Below are positions 1-10,854 of a stretch of 64,000 nt of DNA, in pieces. Position numbers and translations under genes: made by a program. Origin of the DNA: Eledone cirrhosa (taxonomy: Eukaryota); assembly GCA_964016885.1 (NCBI GenBank), contig OZ024760.1, forward strand, positions 27,528,001-27,592,000, written 5' to 3'. The first letter of the stretch is position 1. Each line of letters opens with the position of its first letter. The notes beneath the pieces were generated by a model. The model was not told where the DNA came from. It saw only the letters and a program-made list of their open reading frames with translations, and did not search any database.

Positions 1-3000
1 CATCTAGATCGTACATAGATAGGATTTTCATTAGGAAAAGAGATAGAAATAGTGTAGGATGTCCACATTTTAAAACGGTTGCCTATTCAGATCACAAGCT
101 TGTGATCTGTATGGTCGACCTAGATAAGACACGTAGGTTAGGACCTAGCTACTGGAAGCTAAACATGTCGTTTCCGGCACGTAAAGCTTACAGGGACCGG
201 GTCAACAACTTAGTTAAGCAAAAGTTGACAGGGGGGGTTGTCAACAACAGGTGGTGGGGGGCACTCAAAAGAGAGATTAGAGCAACCTCGATAGGATTTA
301 GCAAAGAAGTAGCAATAGAGAAAAATAGAAAGGAGGAGGGGCTGATAGCTAAGTTAGACGAGGCTATTTGTAGTGGCATTGCAACAGACGTGCTAGCGGC
401 GAGAATGGCACTAGACCATTTCTTCAATGCGAAACACGAAGGTTGCATTGTCAGAGCTAAGGCGCGTGCTCTGAGGAACGAGGGAAGCAAAGCTGCCCGA
501 TGGGCTCGCTTTGCAGAGACGCAGCGTGGAAATAAAACCACAATTCGGTCTTTGACGGATCGAGATGGACACGAACTGAGCGATTCCAAGCAGATGTGTG
601 AGGCCTTTCGCCAGCACTTTGCTCGATTGTTCGGGAGGATGGGTGAGTCGGAGACGGCGGCGGACTTCAGTCCCTACCTCGACGGCTTGCCACGCCTCTC
701 GACGGCCGACGCTGAGCGCTGCGAAGAGCCGATAACATCAGCCGAAATTCAGGACGCCCTTGTCGGCTGCTCGAGTCGCAAGTCACCCGGTTTGGATGGT
801 CTGCCCTACGAGCTTTACGTAAATATGCCAGACTTGTTCTCCGATCTCCTCGAAGCGCTCTACTGCAACTGGCAGCAGAACGGGAGCATTCCCAGTTCTG
901 TGAGCCGTGGCGTAGTGACGCTGATAAGGAAAGACGAGAACAAGAGGGACACACTAGATAATTTCAGGCCCATAACCCTGCTCAACACAGAGTTTAAGAT
1001 TTTGGCCAAGGTGTTAGCGAAAAGGTTGGCGCTTGTCGTCAAAGATTTGGTTGGGGAGGCGCAAACTTGCGCAATCCCGACCAGGTCCATACACGACAAC
1101 CTCCACCTCATGCGATACATTATAGAGAGGGTTGGGTGCAAACCTGGCTTCGGTGGGGCTCTGATCAATTTAGATCAATCGAAAGCATTCGATAGGGTCG
1201 ACCATCGGTACTTGGAGGCTGTCCTCGAGGCGGCTGGCTTCGGCCCCGTCTTCAGAAGCTGGATCGCTGCAATGTACAACGGCATCCGCTCGGTGGTCAA
1301 AGTTAATGGCCACCTCTCGGAACCGTTTCAGATCTCTCGATCGGTCCGTCAAGGGTGCCCTCTCTCCTCACTTCTGTACGTATTGACTCTTGAGCCTCTA
1401 CTGCGGAAGCTGGAGTTGTTGCAGGGCATCCCGCTCGAACCGGGACGTAGAAAGGCTGCGTCCGCTTATGCGGACGACATCACCGTGATGGTGTCGGACA
1501 CCTCGGAAATCGAGGTGATCCGCACCCATTTGGAGGAATATGAAAGGTTGACGGGAGCAAAACTTAACCCGGAAAAGTCGGTGGGCTTGCAGCTCGGCAC
1601 CTGGAGAGGCAAGTCCATGCCGTCCAACAGCGTCGTTGGGCGCTGGACAGACGGACCGGTAAAGTTGCTCGGGGTTTGGTTCGGACCAGACCTCCAGGTG
1701 GATAAGAATTGGGACGAGGTGACGAGCAGGATAGCCAACCTCACCCAGAAATGGGCTGAGAGAAAGCTATCACTGAAAGGGCGGGCGGAGGTGGCGAACG
1801 CGTACATCGCGTCCGTCATCTACTACCGCCTGACCGTCGTGCCTTGCCCCCGTCCACGCCTCGCCAATTTGGAACGGCTCCTTTTCAAATTTTTGTGGAG
1901 GGGACGCGTCCCGTTGGTGAGGCGGTCCATCTGCTGCCAGCACCCTCTTCGTGGAGGGCTGGGCATGCCGTGGCTAATGATGCGCAGACATGCGCTGAGG
2001 CTGCGACATCTCCAGATATTTTGCCTAAACGGTGAACAGGTGTGGTCGCCGTTTGTTAGACGGGCCTTTCCGCAGCTCATCTCTTTGACTGAGCTGCAGT
2101 CCTGGGTCAAGAAGAGACCGAGACTGGGCGACTGGCATCTGGAATGTTGCCAGGCGCTCACTGCACTCTGCAAGGTGGGCAATGCGGTCAGTGGAACTTC
2201 CACTCAAGATTTCTATAGAGGATTAGTGGAGGGCAAGTGCGATGACGTACTAGGAGAGGCTCTGGGCGTCAACGAAGTAGAACTGACCAGTATGTTCCGG
2301 AGGACTTTCGAGCCGGGGACGATGGATAACTTCCAGAAATCCCTCGCTTGGCAGTGCTACCGGGGGGCGCTGCCGGTTCGGGATAAACTCTACAGGCACG
2401 GAAGTGCTGTCAGACGAACCTGCCCGAGATGCGCGCAGAGCGACGAAACCGTTCTGCACGCACTCGTCCAGTGTCCGTGCATTGCTGACTTGTGGGGTTA
2501 TGTCGAACAGCTATTGTCGCGTGTAGAACGGATCCGGCTATCGTCCGAGTCCATAGTGAAGATTGACCCGCCGCCTTCTTTTGGTCAGGAAGGGCAGGCA
2601 ATTTTCCTCTGCCTGGTGGCAGTAGCGAAAGAGGTTGCATGGTGGACCAGGTTGAAAGGACTGAAGACAGACACTTTTCTCTTCGGCCAATCCCTCATCA
2701 ACTTCTTCAAGTTTCACTTGGAAAGGAAGGTGAGGGTGGAGAGAGAAGTGCTGCCCCCCAGTACATTTACTGAAAGGTGGGTGAATGTGGCGAGAATGGC
2801 CCGCGTGAGTGGGCCTACTCTGATCATGCGCCTGTAGGCTGGTGAATTCGAGAAGGAGAGGGGTGCCCTTCCCGGGTGCCCTAGGAGCGTCGGGTGGCTC
2901 AGGACTGGTGGGGTGCTTGAGTCAACCCTGGGTGGTGATCCCTCTTATTGGGGAACTTTCATTGTTGTATTTTTATTGTTATTTTGTTTTTTTGTTATTT

Positions 3001-3108
3001 ATACTTACTCGATCTCTATGTAAACCCCCACTGTCCCTGTCTATTGTGTTGTCCCCTATATGTCGGCCCTTGTGGCCAATAAATGAAATCATTATTATTA
3101 TTATTATT
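1..3108 (+). mobile_element. Tx1-like LINE including 3' UTR and (ATT)n tail
   Basis: ORF2 is followed by a T-rich UTR ending GGCCCTTGTGGCCAATAAATGAAATC(ATT)n at 3066-3108. Confidence 0.9.
3..2837 (+). CDS. Tx1/L1-clade non-LTR retrotransposon ORF2 (end of APE endonuclease, reverse transcriptase, C-terminal zinc finger); 5' end lies outside the window
   Basis: Frame is open from nt 3 (SRSYIDRIF...YSDHKLV, the C-terminal APE motifs). RT motifs SPGLDGL, NFRPITLLN, LDQSKAFDRV, VRQGCPLS and AYADD are present, plus C-terminal CPRC..ETVLHALVQC. No stops over about 940 codons. Confidence 0.95.
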   Translation, partial: SRSYIDRIFIRKRDRNSVGCPHFKTVAYSDHKLVICMVDLDKTRRLGPSYWKLNMSFPARKAYRDRVNNLVKQKLTGGVVNNRWWGALKREIRATSIGFSKEVAIEKNRKEEGLIAKLDEAICSGIATDVLAARMALDHFFNAKHEGCIVRAKARALRNEGSKAARWARFAETQRGNKTTIRSLTDRDGHELSDSKQMCEAFRQHFARLFGRMGESETAADFSPYLDGLPRLSTADAERCEEPITSAEIQDALVGCSSRKSPGLDGLPYELYVNMPDLFSDLLEALYCNWQQNGSIPSSVSRGVVTLIRKDENKRDTLDNFRPITLLNTEFKILAKVLAKRLALVVKDLVGEAQTCAIPTRSIHDNLHLMRYIIERVGCKPGFGGALINLDQSKAFDRVDHRYLEAVLEAAGFGPVFRSWIAAMYNGIRSVVKVNGHLSEPFQISRSVRQGCPLSSLLYVLTLEPLLRKLELLQGIPLEPGRRKAASAYADDITVMVSDTSEIEVIRTHLEEYERLTGAKLNPEKSVGLQLGTWRGKSMPSNSVVGRWTDGPVKLLGVWFGPDLQVDKNWDEVTSRIANLTQKWAERKLSLKGRAEVANAYIASVIYYRLTVVPCPRPRLANLERLLFKFLWRGRVPLVRRSICCQHPLRGGLGMPWLMMRRHALRLRHLQIFCLNGEQVWSPFVRRAFPQLISLTELQSWVKKRPRLGDWHLECCQALTALCKVGNAVSGTSTQDFYRGLVEGKCDDVLGEALGVNEVELTSMFRRTFEPGTMDNFQKSLAWQCYRGALPVRDKLYRHGSAVRRTCPRCAQSDETVLHALVQCPCIADLWGYVEQLLSRVERIRLSSESIVKIDPPPSFGQEGQAIFLCLVAVAKEVAWWTRLKGLKTDTFLFGQSLINFFKFHLERKVRVEREVLPPSTFTERWVNVARMARVSGPTLIMRL

Positions 3109-3603
3109 AGAGATTGTGTGGTGGACAAGGTTGAAAGGGTTGAAGACAGAGACTTTCCTCTCCGGCCAATCCCTGATTAACTTTTTCAAGTTTCACTTGA
3201 AGAGGAAAATCAGGGTGGAGGGGCAAGTGCTGTCTTCTAGTAAGTTTGTTGAAAGGTGGGCGAAAGTGGCGAGTCTGGTCCGAGTGAACGGGCCCGCTCT
3301 GAGTATGTGTAGACTGAGGAGTGGGAGAACTGAGTGAAGGTGCTCGTCATGGTGGTCAGGGTGGCAGTGGTTTTTTTGTGTGGTTTTCGCCACGAGTGAC
3401 CCTCGGAGCTTTCCCCCTTTTTTTTGAATTTTTGTTGTTTGAATATTTTAATTTGTTTTTACACATTTCTATTTTATTGTTATAACCTTTTTACACGGCC
3501 AAAACCCGCTTTGTACCGTCTTGTACCGTCTTGTACCGTTCTGTGCCGACTGTAATGTTTTTCTTCATGTTAGCTCTTGGGGCCATTAAAGAAACCATTA
3601 TTA
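3109..3603 (+). mobile_element. 5'-truncated second copy of a related Tx1-like LINE
   Basis: Encodes EIVWWTRLKGLKTETFLSGQSLINFFKFHLKRK..., close to the C-terminus of the upstream ORF2. It has a different UTR and ends GGGGCCATTAAAGAAACCATTATTA. Confidence 0.9.
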
Positions 3604-3792
3604 GGGATTGGCAGTATTGGTAGAGGGTCGGACGCCATGCTTTGCAGCAAAGAGTTACGTCCCTTTATGGTCTGAGTTCAAATCCCGCCGAGGTTAACTT
3701 TGCCTTTCATCCTTACGGGGTCGATAAAATAAAGTACTAGTAATGCACTGGGATAATTGCTGGCCTTGTGCCAAATGTAGAAACAATTATTA
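3604..3792 (+). mobile_element. tRNA-headed SINE, family A (Meta/MESC-like core)
   Basis: A-box-like TGGCAGTATTGGTAGAG, B-box GAGTTCAAATCC, core GCCTTTCATCCTTACGGGGTCGATAAAATAAAGTAC, tail GGCCTTGTGCC..GAAACAATTATT. About 12 copies or fragments occur in the window. Confidence 0.85.
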
Positions 3793-3830
3793 TGTCGGCC
3801 CTTGTGGCCAATAAATGAAATCATTATTAA

Positions 3831-3876
<46 letters not shown>

Positions 3877-3877
3877 T
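3793..3877 (+). mobile_element. Extreme 3'-end fragment of the Tx1-like LINE plus (ATT)n
   Basis: TGTCGGCCCTTGTGGCCAATAAATGAAATCATTATT is identical to 3061-3096. Confidence 0.8.
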
Positions 3878-3959
3878 ACACCTGACGTAGAAGCCTCGCT
3901 ACACATCGGCTTCGGAAAATTTTTGTAGATTTTTGTTATTTTGACCTTCTGTAACCTTT

Positions 3960-4587
3960 TGTTGTTGGTGGTGATGGTGCTGGTGGTAGTGTTGGTGTCG
4001 GTGGTGGGGGTGGTAGTGTTGGTGGTGGTGGTGGTGGTAGTGTTGGTGTCGGTGGTGGTGGTGGTAGTGTTGGTGGTGGTGGTAGTGTTGGTGTTATTGA
4101 TGGTGGTGTTGGTGTTGATGTTGGTGTTGTTGTCGGTGGCGGTGGGGGTGGGCGTGATAGTCGTGTTGGTGGTGGGGTTGACAGTGGTAGTGGTGGTGGT
4201 GGTGACAGTGGTGGTTGGGGTAGGGGTGACAGAGGTGGTGGTGGGGCTAGGGGTGACAGAGGTGGTAGTGGTGACAGTCGTCGTGGTGGTGACGGTGGTG
4301 GTGGTGGTGACAGTGGTGGTAGTGGTGGTGGTGGTGACGGTGGTGGTGGTGGTGACAGTGGTGGTAGTGGTGGTGGTGGTGACGGTGGTGGTGGTGGTGA
4401 CAGTGGTGGTAGTGGTGGTGGTGGTGACGGTGGTGGTGGTGGTGACAGTGGTGGTGGTGGTGGTGGTGGTGACGGTGGTGGTGGTGGTGACAGTGGTGGT
4501 AGTGGTGGTGGTGGTGACGGTGGTGGTGGTGGTGACAGTGGTGGTAGTGGTGGTGGTGGTGACGGTGGTGGTAGTGGTGATGGTGGT
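3960..4587. repeat. (GGT)n-derived microsatellite/minisatellite
   Basis: GTG/GGT runs with recurring GACA/GACG interruptions. Confidence 0.95.
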
Positions 4588-4709
4588 AAGTTTGTGGACC
4601 AAATTGGAAGTTTGTGGCGGTCATGTTTTAATGATTTTTTTCAAACAAGGTCCCCGTAAATATAGTTTATATAAATAATATATGAGTGATGTTAATGGTG
4701 TGTAACTGG

Positions 4710-5146
4710 AGTGTGTGTGTGTGTGTGGTTGTGTGTGTGTGTGAGTGTGTGTGTGTGTGAGAGTGTGTGAGTGTGTGTGAGTGTGTGTGAGTGTGTGTGC
4801 GAGTGTGTCTGAGCGTGTGTGAGTGTGTCTGAGCGTGTGTGAGTCTGTGAGTGTGTGTGTGAGCGTGTGTGAGAGTGTGTGTGAGCGTGTGTGAGCGTGT
4901 GTGAGCGTGTGTGAGCGTGTGTGAGCGTGTGTGAGCGTGTGTGTGAGTGTGTATGTGTGTGAGTGTGTGTGAGTGTGTGTGAGCGTCTCTGAGCGTGTGT
5001 GAGTGTGTGCATGTGTTTGGGTGTATGTAATTGTGTGTGTGTGTGTGTTAGTGTGTGTAATTGTGTGTGTGTGTGTGTGTTAGTGTGTCTTAGTGTGTGT
5101 TGTGTGTTAGTGTGTGTTAGTATGTGTGTTAGTATCTGTGTGTGTG

Positions 5147-5180
<34 letters not shown>

Positions 5181-5203
5181 CATGTGTGTTAGTGTGTGTG
5201 TGT
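4710..5203. repeat. (GT)n compound microsatellite
   Basis: GT, GTGA and GAGCGT runs. Confidence 0.95.
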
Positions 5204-5351
5204 GGACCAGTAACTCCTGATGAGAGCACCGTTGTGTCATACGGCGTTTCTTGGGCATTAAAAAACCCCCCCGTGGAACCAATCTCCTCTCCTGTTCTGA
5301 GAAGAGGGAGTCAAAAGGAATACCGCAAATCTTTCTATCCGTTGTTCTCCA

Positions 5352-5718
5352 ACACTATTCGCGGCCCCCAACACAAATCCCTGCCCCCGACACTGTTCGC
5401 GGCCCCCAACACAAATCCTTGCCTCCGACACTGTTCGCGGCCCCCAACACAAATCCCTGCCCCCGACACTATTCGCGGCCCCCAACACAAATCCCTGCCC
5501 CCGACACTATTCGCGGCCCCCAACACAAATCCATGCCCCCGACACTATTCGCGGCCCCCAACACAAATTCCTGCCCCCGACACTATTCGCGGCCCCCAAC
5601 ACAAATCCCTGCCCCCGACACTATTCGCGGCCCTCAACACAAATCCCTGCCCCCGACACTATTCGCGGCCCCCAACACAAATCCCTGCCCCCGACACTAT
5701 TCGCGGCCCCTAACACAA
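5352..5718. repeat. 38-bp GC-rich minisatellite, about 9.5 copies
   Basis: Unit ACACTATTCGCGGCCCCCAACACAAATCCCTGCCCCCG. Confidence 0.95.
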
Positions 5719-5959
5719 GCAATAATAACCAACACCGGAAACATTCAATAAAAGGAGAGAAAAAAAGAAAAGGAAAAAAAATGAAAGAAAAGAAAACATA
5801 ACGGTTTCATGTTTATATTAGAGAGGGGGGGGTGAAGGGGAGGGGGGGTGAAGAAGGAGGGGGGGGAAGGGGTTAAGGAGGGGTGGAGCAATTACTGAGG
5901 TTTGATGAATTAATAGAAAATCAAGTGATTACAACACTAGACCTCATTTAAGTCCCCCT

Positions 5960-8212
5960 CACATAACACACCACACACACACACCACAACACCACACCAC
6001 ACACACACACACACAACACACACACCACACATCTCAACACCACACCTCACACCACGCACATCACAACACCACACACACACATCACAACCAGACCACACAC
6101 CACCACACACACCACGCACAACACCACACCACACGCACATCACACCACACACACACACATCACCACACCACACACACACACACCACAACCCCCACCACAC
6201 ATCACCACTACACAACACACCATACACACACATCTCAACACACCACACACACCACCAACATCACCACCACCACCACCACCACTAACACCACCACTACTAC
6301 CACCACCACCACCACCACCACCACTACTACCACCACCACCGCTACCACCACCACCACTAACACCACCACCACTACCACCATCAGTAACACCACCACCACC
6401 AACACCACCACTACTACCACCATCAGTAACACCACCACCACCAACACCACCACTACTACCACCACCACCGCTACCACCACCACCACTAACACCACCACCA
6501 CTACCACCATCAGTAACACCACCACCACCAACACCACCACTACTACCACCACCACCGCTACCACCACCACCACTAACACCACCACCACTACCACCATCAG
6601 TAACACCACCAACACCACCACAATATTGACTCTCCCCCCACATACATCCATTACTCCCTCCTCTACCACCCAACCATTACCTCACTAATTTGTGTCGCGT
6701 GCCAGCTGTCTGACATGTGTGTATATAGGTGTGTGTATATATATAGGTGTGTGTGAGTGTATATAGGTGTGTGTGTGTGTATATATAGGTGTGTGTGTGT
6801 GTATATATAGGTGTGTGTGTGAGTATATAGGTGTGTGTGTGTGTATATATAGGTGTGTGTATATATAGGTGTGTGTGTGTGTGTGTGTGTATAGGTGTGT
6901 GTGTGTGTATATAGGTGTGTGTGTGTGTGTATATAGGTGTGTGTGTGTGTGTATATATAGGTGTGTGTGTGTGTATATAGGTGTGTGTGTGTGTGTATAT
7001 AGGTGTGTGTGTGTATATATAGGTGTGTGTGTATATATATAGGTGTGTGTGTGTATATATAGGTGTGTGTGTATATATATATAGGTGTGTGTGTGTATAT
7101 ATAGGTGTGTGTGTGTATATATAGGTGTGTGTGTGTATATATAGGTGTGTGTATAGGTGTGTGTGTATATATATAGGTGTGTGTGTATATATATATAGGT
7201 GTGTGTGTATATAGGTGTGTGTGTGTATATAGGTGTATGTGTGTGTGTGTATATATAGGTGTGTGTGTGTGTGTGTATACATGTGTGTATATATAGGTGT
7301 ATGTGAGTGTATGTATATAGATGTGTGTAAGTGTATCTAAATATATGTATATAGGTGTATGAAAGTGTATATATATATGTATATAGGTGTGTGTTTGTAT
7401 ATATGTGTGTATATATATGTGTGGGAGAGTGTATATATATATATATAGGTGTGTGTGTATATGTATGTATATATAGATGTGTGTGAGTATATAGGTATGT
7501 GTGTGCGCGTGTATATAGGTGTGTGTGTGCGTGTGTATATAGGTGTGTATGTGCGTGTGTATATAGGTGTGTGTGCGTGTGTATATAGGTGTGTGTGCGT
7601 GTGTATGTGCGTGTGTATATAGGTGTGTGCGCGTGTGTATATAGGTGTGTGTGTGCGTGTGTATATAGGTGTGTATGTGCGTGTGTATATAGGTGTGTAT
7701 GTGCGTGTGTATATAGGTGTGTGAGTGCGTGTGTATATAGGTGTGTGTGTGCGTGTGTATATAGGTGTGTATGTGCGTGTGTATATAGGTGTGTATGTGC
7801 GTGTGTATATAGGTGTGTGAGTGCGTGTGTATATAGGTGTGTGTGTGTGTGTGCGTGTGTATATAGGTGTGTGTGTGCGTGTGTATATAGGTGTGTGTGT
7901 GCGTGTGTATATAGGTGTGTATGTGCGTGTGTATATAGGTGTGTGTGCGTGTGTATATAGGTGTGTGAGTGCGTGTGTATATAGGTGTGTGTGTGTGCGT
8001 GTGTATATAGGTGTGTGTGTGCGTGTGTATATAGGTGTGTATGTGCGTGTGTATATAGGTGTGTGTGCGTGTGTATATAGGTGTGTGAGTGCGTGTGTAT
8101 ATAAGTGTGTGTGTGTGCGTGTGTATATATGTGTGTGTGTGCGTGTGTATATAGGTGTATGTGCGTGTGTATATAGGTGTGTGTGTGCGTGTGTATATAG
8201 GTGTGTGTGTGC
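5960..8212. repeat. (CAC)n/(CA)n tract followed by (GT)n-ATATAGG compound tracts
   Basis: Direct reading of simple repeats. Confidence 0.9.
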
Positions 8213-8242
8213 GTCCTGATCTAGGTGTATGCGTGTGTATGT

Positions 8243-8350
8243 TAGAAATAAAGTGTCTTGCTCAAGGACACAACGCACCACCCGGTCCGAGAATCGAACT
8301 CACAGCTTTCCGATTCCGAATCCAATTCTCTAACCACTCAGCCATGCACC
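8243..8350 (-). mobile_element. tRNA-headed SINE, family B (5' part)
   Basis: Reverse strand reads TGGCTGAGTGGTTAGAG...GAGTTCGATTC...GTGTCCTTGAGCAAGACACTTTATTTC. Relatives lie at 12720-12930, 15895-15985, 30405-30450, 32070-32575 and 34715-34868. Confidence 0.75.
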
Positions 8351-8544
8351 GCCCTCTAATTAGCTAATTAATTAATATAACAATAATGATTATGTTAATT
8401 GATATTTCGATTAATAATTAATCCTATTCAAACCTTACAGCGTATCATGGCATTGAACTAACAACAACAACAACAACATGCTAAGTATCTTGTTATTTAT
8501 TCATATATCTAACTGCTTGTCTGTCTGTCTGTCTGTATAAGTGG

Positions 8545-8637
<93 letters not shown>

Positions 8638-8641
<4 letters not shown>

Positions 8642-8837
8642 ACGAAGGAAATGTGGTGAGGAACCAGGTGGACCATAACGCACCAAAGTACTCAATAGTT
8701 AGGGTAGTAGAGTGGGTAATAGGAACGAGTAGGAGCCCGACGGCTGAGCTCAAGCCGTTTCGACGGCTAATTCTGGACTGAGTCCAGAATTAGCCGTCGA
8801 AACGGCTTGAGCTCAGCCGTCGGGGGTCCTACTCGTT

Positions 8838-8842
<5 letters not shown>
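8638..8842. mobile_element. Foldback element family F1 in a (GT)/(TA) tract
   Basis: About 60-bp near-perfect inverted arms centred on 8780, with an unpaired tail of about 80 bp on one side. Other copies: 11689-11846, 31723-31925, 52103-52221, 57447-57651; diverged fragment 29668-29725. Confidence 0.85.
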
Positions 8843-8879
<37 letters not shown>

Positions 8880-9010
8880 TATAATATACACCACAGACCA
8901 TACAATATATACCATACAGACAAGCGGTTAGATATATGAATAAATAACAATATATATATATATCTTGTTATTTATTCATATATCTAATATATATATATAT
9001 ATATTGTATA

Positions 9011-9395
9011 TATTGTTATACTTGGGGAGGGTCATATTGTTGTAATAATATTGCCAGAAATAATAACAGAACACACTCACTGTTTGGTTGGTTTTCGCTT
9101 CTGTATCTTTTATATCTCCACAGTTAATTCATTTGGTGCTCAATGTTTATCATTGACTGACCAACGGTTAAAAATACAGATATAATATAGATATAAACAC
9201 ATATATATATATAGTCTAACAAAGTTCTTTCGTTGCACATCTGCAACGTCATCAGTGGTACTATTATGTTCCTCCTGTTGTATTGTATATCTACGCCATT
9301 TTTCTGGCAATATTATTACAACAATATGACCCTCCCCAAGTATAACAGTATTTGTTTCGACACACGATTTCATATAAAAAACCTCGCAAAACAAA
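9011..9395. mobile_element. Foldback element family F2 with an internal hammerhead-like motif
   Basis: 9011-9060 is inverted relative to 9301-9350. Relatives lie at 10786-10860 and 28986-29172. Confidence 0.7.
9217..9260 (-). ncRNA. Minimal type I hammerhead ribozyme-like motif
   Basis: Minus strand TACCA-CTGATGA-C-GTTGCA gatg TGCAAC-GAA-AG aa CT-T-TGTTA; stem I has one mismatch. Confidence 0.55.
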
Positions 9396-9403
9396 TATAT
9401 ATA

Positions 9404-9490
<87 letters not shown>

Positions 9491-9497
9491 ACACACA

Positions 9498-9682
9498 CAG
9501 TGGAATTACGCTCTAACGAAATTCATGGAGTGTAAAAAAAATTCGTTGTTACGAAAACATTTTAATAACGAGATCGACCGAAACAAATCGAGCATTTGTT
9601 TGTTATTACATCGGGGATTGAAAAAGTTTCGTTATACTGAAAAATTCGTTATACTGGTATTCGTAATAACTGAATTTCCCTG
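9498..9682. mobile_element. Tigger/pogo-like MITE
   Basis: Ends CAGTGGAATTACGCTCTAACGAA ... TTCGTAATAACTGAATTTCCCTG form imperfect TIRs; internal TTCGTTA repeats. Confidence 0.5.
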
Positions 9683-9739
9683 CATATATACATATATATA
9701 TATACATACATTATATATATATGTATGTGGATTGGCAGG

Positions 9740-10117
9740 GCGGTGGATTGGCAGTATCGGTAGAGGGTCGGACGCCATGCTTTCCAGCATAGTTACGTCC
9801 CTTTACGATCTGAGTTCAAATCCCGCCGAGGTTGACTTTGCCTTTCATCCTTACGGGGTCGATAAAATAAAGTACCAGTAATGCACTGGATAATTGCTGG
9901 CCTTGTGCCGAAAGTAGAAACAATTATATATATATATAATAATAATTGTTTCTACTTTAGGCACAAGGCCAGCAGTTACCCAGTACATTACTGGTACTTT
10001 ATTTTATCGACCCCGTAAGGATGAAAGGCAAAGTCAACCTCGGCGGGATTTGAACTCAGATCGTAAAGGGACGTAACTACGCTGGAAAGCATGTCTGACC
10101 CTCTACCAATACTGCCA
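9740..10117. mobile_element. Two family-A SINEs tail-to-tail around a short TA run
   Basis: 9740-9926 on plus and 9943-10117 on minus. Confidence 0.85.
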
Positions 10118-10148
10118 AGAAAGATATATACTTAATATTATGTCTATT

Positions 10149-10226
10149 TATTTCATTATATATATTTCGAAGACGTAAAGTTTTAAGTATAACATAAATC
10201 AAAACATGTTCTCTTCAGACAAAATA
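10149..10226 (-). ncRNA. Type I hammerhead-like motif with long stem II
   Basis: Minus strand TATTTTGT-CTGAAGA-GAA...TTC-GAA-ATATATAT-A-ATGAAATA. Confidence 0.55.
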
Positions 10227-10854
10227 CACAGGAGGAGATGTATATTTTCATGATATGCTGGTAGACAAACGAATTGGACAGATCATTGACCACCAAGCAT
10301 ATATATATATCATCATCATCATTCGTCGACTACTGTCGAGATGATGGATCTCACTCTCATGCCCCAGAATTAGGAACCCTGGTGCAGTTAGTTGCGAAAT
10401 CCATCATCTTTTCAAATAGCTAATAATGTGTGTGGGCGCCACTACTACACACATGGGAAAGAATTTGACAGCCAAGTCTTGAAGAAGGTGCTTTCTCCTC
10501 CGTGTGGTGGGTTACCCGGCGCCAGATACCAACCTGGCATTTCTACCCTCGCCCTAATTGTTCGTGTTTTTATCATTTATTTTGTTTGACCTGTTTAGCT
10601 TGATTTGTTTTTTGGCTTAGGTGGTTAATGCCTTCTTAACCACTTTTTCAGTTTGTATGGCGTTTTAACATATTGTTTAGCTCTAGTTTTTTAACTATTG
10701 AGCGCTTGCCAGCATTTCTACGATTTTGCGTTTCGTTTCGCTTTTTCTACCAGCGAAATACGATTCTCGCTGAATTATATTTATATATTGTTATACTTTG
10801 GGAGGATCATGTTGCCAATAAGAAACACACGCACCAGTTGCTTTCACTTCAATT

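Noticed and set aside
3604-3700. tRNA gene
   Set aside because: A and B boxes belong to a multi-copy SINE head; no complete cloverleaf.
3790-4678. Mucin-like poly-Thr or poly-Val ORFs
   Set aside because: Translation of a (GGT)n repeat; no signal peptide or exon evidence.
5114-5751. Proline-rich repeat protein ORFs
   Set aside because: The 38-bp unit is not a multiple of three, so the peptide cycles through frames; minisatellite artefact.
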